A stretch of DNA of 32,000 bases from NCBI GenBank assembly GCA_025340205.1, contig CP006868.1:900001-932000 (forward strand). The letters run 5' to 3'. Position numbers and translations under genes: made by a program. Shown piece by piece: positions 7,732 through 15,793 of this stretch (its first letter is position 1; every line of letters starts with the position of its first letter). The DNA is from Ignicoccus pacificus DSM 13166. GTDB taxonomy: Archaea; Thermoproteota; Thermoprotei_A; Sulfolobales; Ignicoccaceae. The notes under the pieces are model-generated. The model ran no database searches. It saw only the letters and a list, made by a program, of their open reading frames with translations, and was not told the DNA's origin.

Positions 7732-8031
7732 TCAGTCTATATCAAATCCTATTATTCCGAGCTGGTCATCCAACATCTCAGCTCTTTGGAACATGAGTAG
7801 ACCTTCACGTTCTAGATAAGGGAGTAGCTTAAGGGTTAGGGAAGGAGGGACGATGGGATAACCCACTAAGAACCCCATTACTAGCAACGCAAACAAGTGT
7901 TCCATTTCTTCCAGCTCCATTTCTATGTATTCCGTCGCAGCTCCTTTCAAGAATCCTTTGATGGTCATTGAAATGAAGTCTAAGAACTTCACTGCCCCTC
8001 TCACCGCGCACTCAGCAGTGATCGCGTGCAA
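7732..8031 (-). CDS. Hypothetical 99-aa protein, first gene of the ArsA/Get3-like module
   Basis: ORF with a central hydrophobic segment (HLFALLVMGFLVGYPIVPPSLTL) flanked by acidic helices. TTG start at 8031, with an internal ATG at codon 22. Its stop lies 16 nt upstream of the ATPase ATG, with the SD-like GAGGTGA in between. Confidence 0.5.
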   Translation of the reverse strand: MHAITAECAVRGAVKFLDFISMTIKGFLKGAATEYIEMELEEMEHLFALLVMGFLVGYPIVPPSLTLKLLPYLEREGLLMFQRAEMLDDQLGIIGFDID

Positions 8032-8103
8032 ACTCGTAAATAAGTATCATCATAGAAATGTATAAAACTTATGTATGTGGGTGTCAAGTGGGGTGATAAG
8101 CGA

Positions 8104-9897
8104 ATGATCACCACCAGCATACTGGTCATCATTGCGCTAATAATATACGTCGTCACCTACTATGCCTACGGTAGAAGGGTCCTAGAGAGGAAGGTCGTTA
8201 AGGCTAGCGCTGAAAGGAAGACGCCGGCTCATAAGTACTTTGACAACGTGGACTACGTACCAACGAACAAGTACGTCTTGATGGGTCACCACTTCGCCTC
8301 CATAGCCGGAGCGGGCCCCATCGTAGGGCCGGCGATGGCCATGGGTTGGGGCTGGTTGATGCCGATATTGTGGATATGGTTCGGCAACGTCTTCATAGGA
8401 GCGGTCCACGACTATCTATCCCTAATGGCTTCTGTCAGGTACGACGGAAGGAGTATTCAGTGGATATCCGGTAAGCTAATCAGTCCTAGAATGAGTAAGG
8501 CATTCTCAGTGTTCATATACTTCGCTTTGCTGTTGGTAATAGCTGCATTTGGCGCAGTAATAGGTAAGCTATTCGTGAAGATACCAATTGTAGCCACCGC
8601 CTCTCTGACCCAAATAGCGTTAGCGGTCGTATTAGGATACATAATGTATCAAAAGACCTTAAAGCCCATACCCTCCGCCGCCCTAGGAGCCCTATTCATC
8701 GTGATAAGCGTTCTAGTAGGAGAAGCACTACCGATCCACTTGAGCTATCAGAGCTGGGTAATTGTACTTCTGATTTACACTATCATAGCTGCTAGCCTTC
8801 CCGTATGGGTACTACTACAACCAAGAGACTTCATGAACTCCTTGCTGCTGTACTTCGGTCTGTTCATAGGCGTAGTAGGACTCGTGGTGCTTTTCGGAAA
8901 TCTAGGAATTCCAGCGTACACTAGCTTTACCGCGCCCGTATTAGGAGTACCCTCGCCCTTCTGGCCCATGGTACCACTGGTGATCGCTTGCGGAGCGCTA
9001 AGCGGCTTCCACAGCTTGGTCGCCAGCGGTACCACCTCTAAGCAGCTTGACAGCGAGCTGAGCGGACTACTCGTCGGCTATGGATCCATGTTTGCTGAGG
9101 GACTGCTATCCACCCTCGTGGTAGCTTCCATTGCAGCGATGTTGCCCATAATGTTACTCAACCCCGCCGCTTATGGTCTAAAGCTCGGTATGACTCAAGC
9201 GGAGATACAGAAGATATTGAGCGATCCTATAGCCTTCGGAAACAACTATGCCAAGATAATGAAGGACTTCGGAGGACCGGCAGGAATCTTCGCTAAGACC
9301 TTCGGCGCAGCGGTCGGTACCGCTCTGCACTTACCCGTAAGAGCGCTGATAATATTCGCCGGATTGTGGATAACCTCCTTCGCATTAACCACCTTAGACA
9401 CAACGGTGAGGCTAGCCAGGTTTACGTGGAGCGAGATCATGGAGTACATCAACCTACACAAGACTCCTATAAACAACGCCTGGGTGGCCTCTGCCATAGC
9501 ATCTATCTTAGGCTTCGCCCTAGCTTGGAGCGGAGCCTACCTAGTGCTATGGCCGGCCTTCAGCGGTGTAAACCAGATGCTAGCCTCAATCGCAATGATG
9601 ACCGTCGCTGCTTGGGTGATCAAGGAGCTAAGAGCTCCTAAGAGATATCAGACCACCGTCTTGGCACCAGCGCTGTTCCTGTGGGTGACCGTAACCTTAG
9701 CGCTACTCATCTACGTAGCCTATGTAGCTCCAGTCACTATAGCGAAGAAGGGAGAGGGTACCCTAGTAGCAGTCGAGGCAATAACGATAATAGAACTAAT
9801 ATTCAACTTCTTCCTCCTGAAGGAGTTCCTTAGGGTGTTCAGGGAGGAAAAGGAGAGAGCGGTAGAGGTTAGCGCCGCCAGATCTGAGCAAGCTTAA
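8104..9897 (+). CDS. cstA: Carbon starvation protein A (CstA-family peptide/pyruvate transporter)
   Basis: Contains the GHHFASIAGAGPIVGPAMA signature in a protein with many TM helices. I prefer ATG 8104 (MITTSILVI...) because TATAAAA lies at 8061-8067 and GGTGAT at 8092-8097. The ORF track starts it at ATG 8071, right after that TATA. Confidence 0.85.
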   Translation: MITTSILVIIALIIYVVTYYAYGRRVLERKVVKASAERKTPAHKYFDNVDYVPTNKYVLMGHHFASIAGAGPIVGPAMAMGWGWLMPILWIWFGNVFIGAVHDYLSLMASVRYDGRSIQWISGKLISPRMSKAFSVFIYFALLLVIAAFGAVIGKLFVKIPIVATASLTQIALAVVLGYIMYQKTLKPIPSAALGALFIVISVLVGEALPIHLSYQSWVIVLLIYTIIAASLPVWVLLQPRDFMNSLLLYFGLFIGVVGLVVLFGNLGIPAYTSFTAPVLGVPSPFWPMVPLVIACGALSGFHSLVASGTTSKQLDSELSGLLVGYGSMFAEGLLSTLVVASIAAMLPIMLLNPAAYGLKLGMTQAEIQKILSDPIAFGNNYAKIMKDFGGPAGIFAKTFGAAVGTALHLPVRALIIFAGLWITSFALTTLDTTVRLARFTWSEIMEYINLHKTPINNAWVASAIASILGFALAWSGAYLVLWPAFSGVNQMLASIAMMTVAAWVIKELRAPKRYQTTVLAPALFLWVTVTLALLIYVAYVAPVTIAKKGEGTLVAVEAITIIELIFNFFLLKEFLRVFREEKERAVEVSAARSEQA

Positions 9898-11083
9898 GCT
9901 CAACGGCTAACTTATTCCAAAGTTTTTTGTCTTTACTCTTCATGTAGCTTAATAGCTCGTCCCTCTTCTTCTTAGGCATCATCCTGAGAGCCATTATGGC
10001 CAACCTTGCCTCGTTTGACTTAACGAAAGCTTGCATGGCAGCTAACGCCTTATCCTTCCACTTAGGTTTTGACGTCATCGTAGCGAGTTGGGTAGCCAAC
10101 ATGTACTTCTGCTCCTCGTTTATTTCTCTTATTAGTTCAGGAGTCTTTATGATCTCGTCTATCGATGGTGGTTTTACTCTCAACCATGCCACAAACCTAG
10201 TTCCAGCCTCGCTCCCTACAAAGGCGCTGGTTACTGAGATCAACCTTCCAACTACTCCTACCCTTCTCACGCGAGCTTGTGAGCTTGAGCTCACCGGTGC
10301 GTCCTCCCTAACCTTGTCCATCTCCTCCCTCCAAGCGGTCTGAAGTTCTACAGCTAGCTTCGACCAAGCTCTAGGAGTAGGAAACGGCTCGAGACCCTCT
10401 GGGTCCTCTGGAGGCATGATGAAGAAGTCGGGATGTTGGCTTAGGAACGCGTAGACCTCCGGAGCCCAGTTCTCGCCGTACTTCTCGTGCATGTAATCGA
10501 GCCACTCGGAGAGCTTCGGAGTTCTTATCTCGAAGACTGCTAACCTTCCGCTGAGCAATGGAGCGGGTAGGGGTCTGGCGAGAGCGTTGTACTCAGGAGG
10601 ATTTCCGGCGGCTACCACCATCTTGTCGAATCTGTACATGTTGACGCTTTTGTTAAGTATTATCTCGAAGGCAGCGCTCATTAGTGTATCGTCTGCGACG
10701 TTGGTGAACTCGTCTAAGAATAGCAATCCCCCAGCTGAATCCCTTAAGACCTTCACCCAACGTGGGAGCTTGTAGTCGAAGGTATCGCTATCAGATCTCA
10801 GGTCCGGTATTCCTGTTAGATCCTCAGGTTTGATCATGTCTAGCCTTAGCAATACCAAAGTGAAGAGATTGTCAGGGGAGTCGGGAAGTTCCCTTTTACT
10901 TTCATATATCCAGAACTTCAAGCCTAACTCTTCAGCCCTCAGTTTTGCGCTCTTTATCACCGCTTCAGTCTTCCCTATTCCCGGAGCTCCCAATAGGAGC
11001 ACTCCGGGCGTCTCCTTAGTCTGATCGTAACTTCTCATGAACCTAAGTAACACTTCTACAGCGTCCGTAGGAGACAGTTCCAT
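9869..11083 (-). CDS. AAA+ ATPase (MoxR/AAA_5-like core) with a C-terminal helical extension of about 150 aa
   Basis: Walker A LLLGAPGIGKTE and Walker B GLLFLDEFTNV, with a single AAA module. The C-terminal third is Lys-rich and helical, with no family I recognise. The 3' end overlaps the cstA 3' end by 29 nt. Confidence 0.65.
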   Translation of the reverse strand: MELSPTDAVEVLLRFMRSYDQTKETPGVLLLGAPGIGKTEAVIKSAKLRAEELGLKFWIYESKRELPDSPDNLFTLVLLRLDMIKPEDLTGIPDLRSDSDTFDYKLPRWVKVLRDSAGGLLFLDEFTNVADDTLMSAAFEIILNKSVNMYRFDKMVVAAGNPPEYNALARPLPAPLLSGRLAVFEIRTPKLSEWLDYMHEKYGENWAPEVYAFLSQHPDFFIMPPEDPEGLEPFPTPRAWSKLAVELQTAWREEMDKVREDAPVSSSSQARVRRVGVVGRLISVTSAFVGSEAGTRFVAWLRVKPPSIDEIIKTPELIREINEEQKYMLATQLATMTSKPKWKDKALAAMQAFVKSNEARLAIMALRMMPKKKRDELLSYMKSKDKKLWNKLAVELKLAQIWRR

Positions 11084-11203
11084 GGTTCTCAGAAGCTGGG
11101 GACGGAGCGCTCTTTTTTATGTGGGTTACCCGCATGCTTCAGTACATCCAAACCCCAGAGACTCATAAAATCTCCCAACTCTCTGGGAGAACGGTGGGAT
11201 TGA

Positions 11204-11446
11204 ATGCCCGTAGAAGCTTTGGTCTTCATGACCGTTGAACCAGCTGCTGTAACTGAAATTCCAGAAAAGCTCAAGAAGATTGAGGGTGTGAAGGAAATAT
11301 ATGAGGTCACTGGTACATATGACTTCGTTATAAAGATGGAGGGGGAGAACTACACGGAACTAGCTAGGGTGCTGAGAGAAAAAGTATTGAAGCTACCCGG
11401 CGTAAAGAGAACCACGACCTCGTTCATTGTCGCCAAGCATTTGTAG
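11204..11446 (+). CDS. Stand-alone RAM/ACT-like domain protein (Lrp/AsnC ligand-binding domain without HTH)
   Basis: The 80-aa sequence ALVFMTVEPAAVTEIPEKLKKIEGVKEIYEVTGTYDFVIKMEGENYTELARVLREKVLKLPGVKRTTTSFIV matches the Lrp/AsnC C-terminal domain pattern (V..v..v.G.yD..l.v....). ATAAAAT lies about 35 nt upstream and GGTGGG about 8 nt upstream of the ATG. Confidence 0.75.
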   Translation: MPVEALVFMTVEPAAVTEIPEKLKKIEGVKEIYEVTGTYDFVIKMEGENYTELARVLREKVLKLPGVKRTTTSFIVAKHL

Positions 11447-11498
11447 GCAGTGAAGAAACTTGGCCGGCACCGATCGATGAGGGAAGCGGGTCACGGGA

Positions 11499-12155
11499 TC
11501 AGAGCCTCTTTACCTCTTCCTTTTCACCTATTAGCCAGTACTCCCCGTCAACCCTTCGCTCTAACTTCCATATAGGAACCTCGTGCTTTAGCCTTTCCAA
11601 CAGTTCTCTGGCGCCCTTGAAGGCCTCCTCCCTTCCCTCAGCAGCGGTTGCCACTATCAGAGTCTTCTCCCCAACTTTTCTAGGACCGATGAATTGAACC
11701 ACCATAGCATCCTTCAAGTTATACTTCTTAATGACATCATCTATGTGCTTTTCGATAAATTTCTCTAGATCCTCATGAGCCTCATAGACCAACTCTTTTA
11801 CCTTTCCCCCTTTTGACTTTACGAACCCAACGAAGGTAACTACAGCTCCTACGTCCTCACTCAGTATGGAGTTCACTACATCGTCGACACTATAGTCATC
11901 TTTTGTTACGATTACCTTAGGCTTACCTCCAGCCGCCGGCGGAACGACGTCCACGACCTCAGTTAATTCCTCCTCGGGTTCAGCAAACCTCCCCTTGATG
12001 ATTATCACAGGTTCAGCGACCTCATAAAGCTCACCAAGCTCATCTTTTAGTATTTCTAGGAGATCCCTTACCTTAGCACCTTCCGGTAAGTCATAAATTT
12101 TCTCTTTACCTAATTTATCGCGGTAGATCGCGTAAAACCTAACCTTGACCTTCAA
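11499..12155 (-). CDS. Fused molybdopterin synthase small (MoaD-like) and large (MoaE) subunits
   Basis: Residues 1-77 form a ThiS/MoaD-type beta-grasp ending in VVPPAAGG. Residues from about 85 to 218 carry MoaE features (GAVVTFVGFVK, LVYEAHEDL, HEVPIWKLE, compare PIWKKE). TTG start. Confidence 0.75.
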   Translation of the reverse strand: MKVKVRFYAIYRDKLGKEKIYDLPEGAKVRDLLEILKDELGELYEVAEPVIIIKGRFAEPEEELTEVVDVVPPAAGGKPKVIVTKDDYSVDDVVNSILSEDVGAVVTFVGFVKSKGGKVKELVYEAHEDLEKFIEKHIDDVIKKYNLKDAMVVQFIGPRKVGEKTLIVATAAEGREEAFKGARELLERLKHEVPIWKLERRVDGEYWLIGEKEEVKRL

Positions 12156-12208
12156 GATTCCTCAGCAAAGGTTGAAGTCCACTACCTCTACTTTAGCTCT
12201 GGAGGTAA

Positions 12209-13396
12209 GTGTTGAAGCGCTTAACCCCCTCTGAGATCGAAAGCGTGCGGAAGGAACTGGACCTCTGGACCTATGTCGAAAGGGTAATGCCTATAGTGAA
12301 AGACGTTAAGGATAGAGGTCTCGAAGCCCTTAAAGAGTACGTCAAGAAGTTCGATAATTATGAAGGTTGTTTGGAGTTATCCCAAGAAGACCTAGGACAT
12401 AAGAGCGATCCATTACTAGTCAAGAAGTTCGAAAAGGTTCTCGACCACTTGGAGGAGTTCAACAAGACTTTCTTACCTAAGGGAAGCTACGTTAGGAAAA
12501 ACGGTGTTGAAGGTTGGGAGGTCTGGGAACCTATAGAGCTACTTGGAGCCTACGTTCCCGGAGGACTCTATCCCTATCCTTCAACGGTGTTGATGACCGC
12601 TGGATTGGCGAAGAGGCTCGGCGTTAAGGAAGTAGTGGTGGCAACCCCTCCTAGGGCGTTAGAGAACGAGGCCGTAGTGGCAGCGCTCTACGCTTCGGGA
12701 GTAGACAAAGTTATAGCCGCCGGAGGAGCTCACGGGATAGCTGCCTTGGCATTTCTAGCTAAGGTACACAAGATAGTTGGTCCAGGAGGACCGTACGTTC
12801 AAGCGGCTAAGGTCTTGGTGAGCGCTTACGTTCCTATAGATATGATCGCGGGACCCACGGAGTTAGCGGTTATAGCAGATGGGAACGCCGATCCAGAGGA
12901 AATAGCGTATGATATGCTAGCACAAGCTGAACACGGCCCTATGAGTTTCGCTATCCTGTTTACCGATAGCGAGGACTTGGCAACACAAGTAGACGCCATA
13001 GTCTCAGATAAAGAGAACAATATTCAAGGAGACCTATACTATGTCGTCGTAGATGATTTGAAGGAAGCGGTAAACTTGGTCAGCAAGTTAGCTCCGGAAC
13101 ACGTGAGCGTTTATGCGGAGACGTTCGACATTCCAATCGCTGGAGCCTTAAGCCTATGGAGTCCAAGTCCTTTCATCGATTACGGAGCTGGACCGAACCA
13201 TGTCCTCCCCACCGGCGGCTGGGCGAAGGCAAGAGGGCCGTTAAGCCCCATAGACTTCTATCGTTGGAGCACCTCCGCTAAGGCTTATGAAGAATCAAAG
13301 GAATTGCTTAGGATAGCAATAGAAATAGCTAAGATGGAGGGGATGAGATACCACTTGAAGGCCTTAGAACTACTTGCAAAGAAATGGGGTATTTGA
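12209..13396 (+). CDS. hisD: Histidinol dehydrogenase
   Basis: Motifs DMIAGPTELAVIAD (compare AGPSE), AQAEHGP (compare QAEHD, Zn ligands Gln/His), APEHVSV (catalytic Glu-His), GAGPNHVLPTGGWAKARGPLS, and EGMRYHLKA (C-terminal His). GTG 12209 or TTG 12212 follows GGAGGT. Confidence 0.85.
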   Translation: MLKRLTPSEIESVRKELDLWTYVERVMPIVKDVKDRGLEALKEYVKKFDNYEGCLELSQEDLGHKSDPLLVKKFEKVLDHLEEFNKTFLPKGSYVRKNGVEGWEVWEPIELLGAYVPGGLYPYPSTVLMTAGLAKRLGVKEVVVATPPRALENEAVVAALYASGVDKVIAAGGAHGIAALAFLAKVHKIVGPGGPYVQAAKVLVSAYVPIDMIAGPTELAVIADGNADPEEIAYDMLAQAEHGPMSFAILFTDSEDLATQVDAIVSDKENNIQGDLYYVVVDDLKEAVNLVSKLAPEHVSVYAETFDIPIAGALSLWSPSPFIDYGAGPNHVLPTGGWAKARGPLSPIDFYRWSTSAKAYEESKELLRIAIEIAKMEGMRYHLKALELLAKKWGI

Positions 13397-13435
13397 CTTT
13401 AGTACTCCCTACTACCCTCCCGACGGGTTGTAGTA

Positions 13436-15238
13436 ATGGTAAGGATAGCAGTAGTGGACAAGGACCTTTGCAAGCCTGACAAGTGCAACTATGAGTGCAT
13501 AAGGTTCTGCCCCATTAACAAGAGTGGAAGAGCTAAGGCCATAGAGCTAGGAGAGGATGGAAAACCGATAATATATGAGGACGTCTGCACGGGCTGTGGT
13601 ATTTGTATAAAGAAATGTCCCTTCGGCGCTATCCACATTGAGAACTTACCCGAGGAGGTGGAGGAGAAGCTAGTTCATAGATATGGAGAGAACGGCTTCG
13701 CCCTTTATGGTCTACCTATACCGAAGCAAGGCGAAGTGACTGGTATCATAGGAAGGAACGGCGCGGGAAAGAGCACTTCCATGAAGATATTGGTCGGACT
13801 CTTGAAACCAAACTTAGGTAAAGAGGAAGCCACATGGGATGAGATATTAGCTAAGTTCAAGGGTACCGAGCTGTTCAACTATTTAAAGAAGCTTAAGGAC
13901 GGAAAGATAAAGGCAGCTTACAAACCCCAGTATGTAGCCCAAGTAACCAAGGTATTGAAAGGCGAAGTAGGACAACTGCTTAAGAAAGCTGATGAAAGAG
14001 GTTTGTTTAAAGACGTAGTTAAAGAACTGAACTTGGAACACTTGTTAGACAGGGACGTCCGGAAGCTCTCCGGAGGAGAGCTCCAGAGGTTCTTGATAGC
14101 AGCGGTAATAGTCAAGGACGCGGACGTCTATGCTTTCGATGAACCCACTGCATACTTAGACGTTAAGGAGAGGATGAACGCGGCCAGAGCTATAAGGAAC
14201 TTGATACCCAAGAGTAGGTATACCTTGGTCATCGAACACGATCTAGCAGTGCTGGACTACGTCTCAGACCTCGTTCACATAATCTACGGTGTTCCTGGAG
14301 TTTATGGAATAGTATCTCATCCATATGGTGTTAGAGTTGGCATAAACCACTACATAAGAGGATTCCTCCCAGCTGAAAACATGAGGATTAGGGATAGGCC
14401 AATAGTATTCAAAGCGCCAGAGGCGAGGGAAAGGGTAATCAGCACGGAGAAGTATCTCGAGTGGCCCGAGCTGTACAAGAAATTAGGATCCTTCGAGTTA
14501 ACCGTTGAAAGCGGGGAGGCGCATAGAGGAGAGATCGTAGGAATTTTAGGTCCTAATGGCATAGGAAAGACGACGTTCATTAAGATGTTGGCAGGTATCA
14601 TAAAGCCTGATAAAGGAGAGCTTTATACACCCCAGCTCAAGCTCGCTTACAAACCCCAGTACGTAGTGCCGGAGATGTTCAAGAACTTCAGAACTGTTAG
14701 AGATGTCTTAAGAAAGGTAAGAAGAGACTTCTTAGATACCTCTAGTTGGTATTATGTTGAAGTAATCAAGAGGTTAGGGCTGAACAAGATGCTAGATAAG
14801 GAGGTAAAGGGACTTTCGGGCGGAGAACTCCAGAAGTTAGCGGTTGCTGTGGCCTTGGGCATGGAAGCAGATCTATACCTCTTCGACGAACCTTCGGCGT
14901 TCCTGGATGTAGAAGAGAGACTCGCAGTAGGAAACGCTATAAGGCATATAGTAGAGAGTCAAGGAGTAACCGCCTTCGTTGTCGATCACGATTTAGTGAT
15001 GATGGATCTAATAGCAGACAGAGTAATGGTGTTTAGAGGCGAACCGGGTAAGAGAGGTCATGCCCACAGGCCTATGAGCTTGAGGGAAGGAATGAACTTA
15101 TTCTTGAAAGATCTAGGAATAACGTTCAGGAGGGATGCCGATACTGGTAGACCCAGGGTGAACAAGGAGGGCAGCAAGCTGGATAGGATGCAGAAACTAA
15201 GCGGCGAATATTATTATACCCTCCCTTCAAGGGAGTAG
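13436..15238 (+). CDS. abce1: ABCE1 / RNase L inhibitor-type ribosome recycling ATPase
   Basis: N-terminal FeS domain (CKPDKCNYECIRFCP and CTGCGICIKKCP). Two ABC cassettes: GRNGAGKST with LSGGELQR, and GPNGIGKTT with LSGGELQK. Confidence 0.95.
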   Translation: MVRIAVVDKDLCKPDKCNYECIRFCPINKSGRAKAIELGEDGKPIIYEDVCTGCGICIKKCPFGAIHIENLPEEVEEKLVHRYGENGFALYGLPIPKQGEVTGIIGRNGAGKSTSMKILVGLLKPNLGKEEATWDEILAKFKGTELFNYLKKLKDGKIKAAYKPQYVAQVTKVLKGEVGQLLKKADERGLFKDVVKELNLEHLLDRDVRKLSGGELQRFLIAAVIVKDADVYAFDEPTAYLDVKERMNAARAIRNLIPKSRYTLVIEHDLAVLDYVSDLVHIIYGVPGVYGIVSHPYGVRVGINHYIRGFLPAENMRIRDRPIVFKAPEARERVISTEKYLEWPELYKKLGSFELTVESGEAHRGEIVGILGPNGIGKTTFIKMLAGIIKPDKGELYTPQLKLAYKPQYVVPEMFKNFRTVRDVLRKVRRDFLDTSSWYYVEVIKRLGLNKMLDKEVKGLSGGELQKLAVAVALGMEADLYLFDEPSAFLDVEERLAVGNAIRHIVESQGVTAFVVDHDLVMMDLIADRVMVFRGEPGKRGHAHRPMSLREGMNLFLKDLGITFRRDADTGRPRVNKEGSKLDRMQKLSGEYYYTLPSRE

Positions 15239-15291
15239 AGTCATCTAGCTCAACTTAAAAACTTTCGTTCGACCCTATCAAGGCTGGGACC

Positions 15292-15651
15292 ATGAAGTTC
15301 GACGACTATCTGAAGGCCTCAGAGGAGCAGTTGGAGTTAATAGAAGAATTGCAAGAAATCATCAAAGCTCTTGAAGATTCTCCAGCAGATGAGCTAACAG
15401 CAAATAGAGTCATAGAAATACTCAAGAGATTAGGTGAACTTAGGGAAGAATTAAAGGACATCGAAAAGGGTGAAGGAGAAGACTTCGAATTGTTAAAAAG
15501 GTTCTATAACATGGTAGGTATACACGACGAGAGGGAACTACTGGAAGAACTCTTGAAGATGATCCTCAAGGGGAGGATAGATGTACCTCAAGAAATAGTG
15601 CTGGAACAATTAAAACACAACAAGGAGTTCGAGAAGACCTTGAGAGAGTAA
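15292..15651 (+). CDS. Hypothetical acidic helical protein (119 aa)
   Basis: ATG start with CTTAAAAAC about 33 nt upstream. Very Glu/Leu/Lys-rich with a coiled-coil-like composition. No family recognised. Confidence 0.5.
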   Translation: MKFDDYLKASEEQLELIEELQEIIKALEDSPADELTANRVIEILKRLGELREELKDIEKGEGEDFELLKRFYNMVGIHDERELLEELLKMILKGRIDVPQEIVLEQLKHNKEFEKTLRE

Positions 15652-15793
15652 ATCGAAAGTGAATCTCGTGCATTTAATTCTTGAACCCCGTTAATGAGGG
15701 TAAGAGCTAGTAATACTCCAATAGTTCCACGAATTAATTTGATAACACCACCTCCCTCTAAATAGGATCTCTGAGCACTATACCTAATCGGGT

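Noticed and set aside
9869-9897. Convergent 3'-end overlaps (cstA/AAA+ 29 nt; ASCH/204-aa gene 23 nt at 6208-6230; propeller-like/GT4 23 nt at 22785-22807)
   Set aside because: Short tail-to-tail overlaps are common in compact archaeal genomes and do not by themselves indicate antisense regulation.
15652-15793. 140-nt leader region upstream of nrdD, checked for riboswitch-like or repeat structure
   Set aside because: I could see no conserved riboswitch motif or strong helix. It contains only a TATA-like TAAATA about 30 nt upstream of the ATG, so it is probably an ordinary promoter region.
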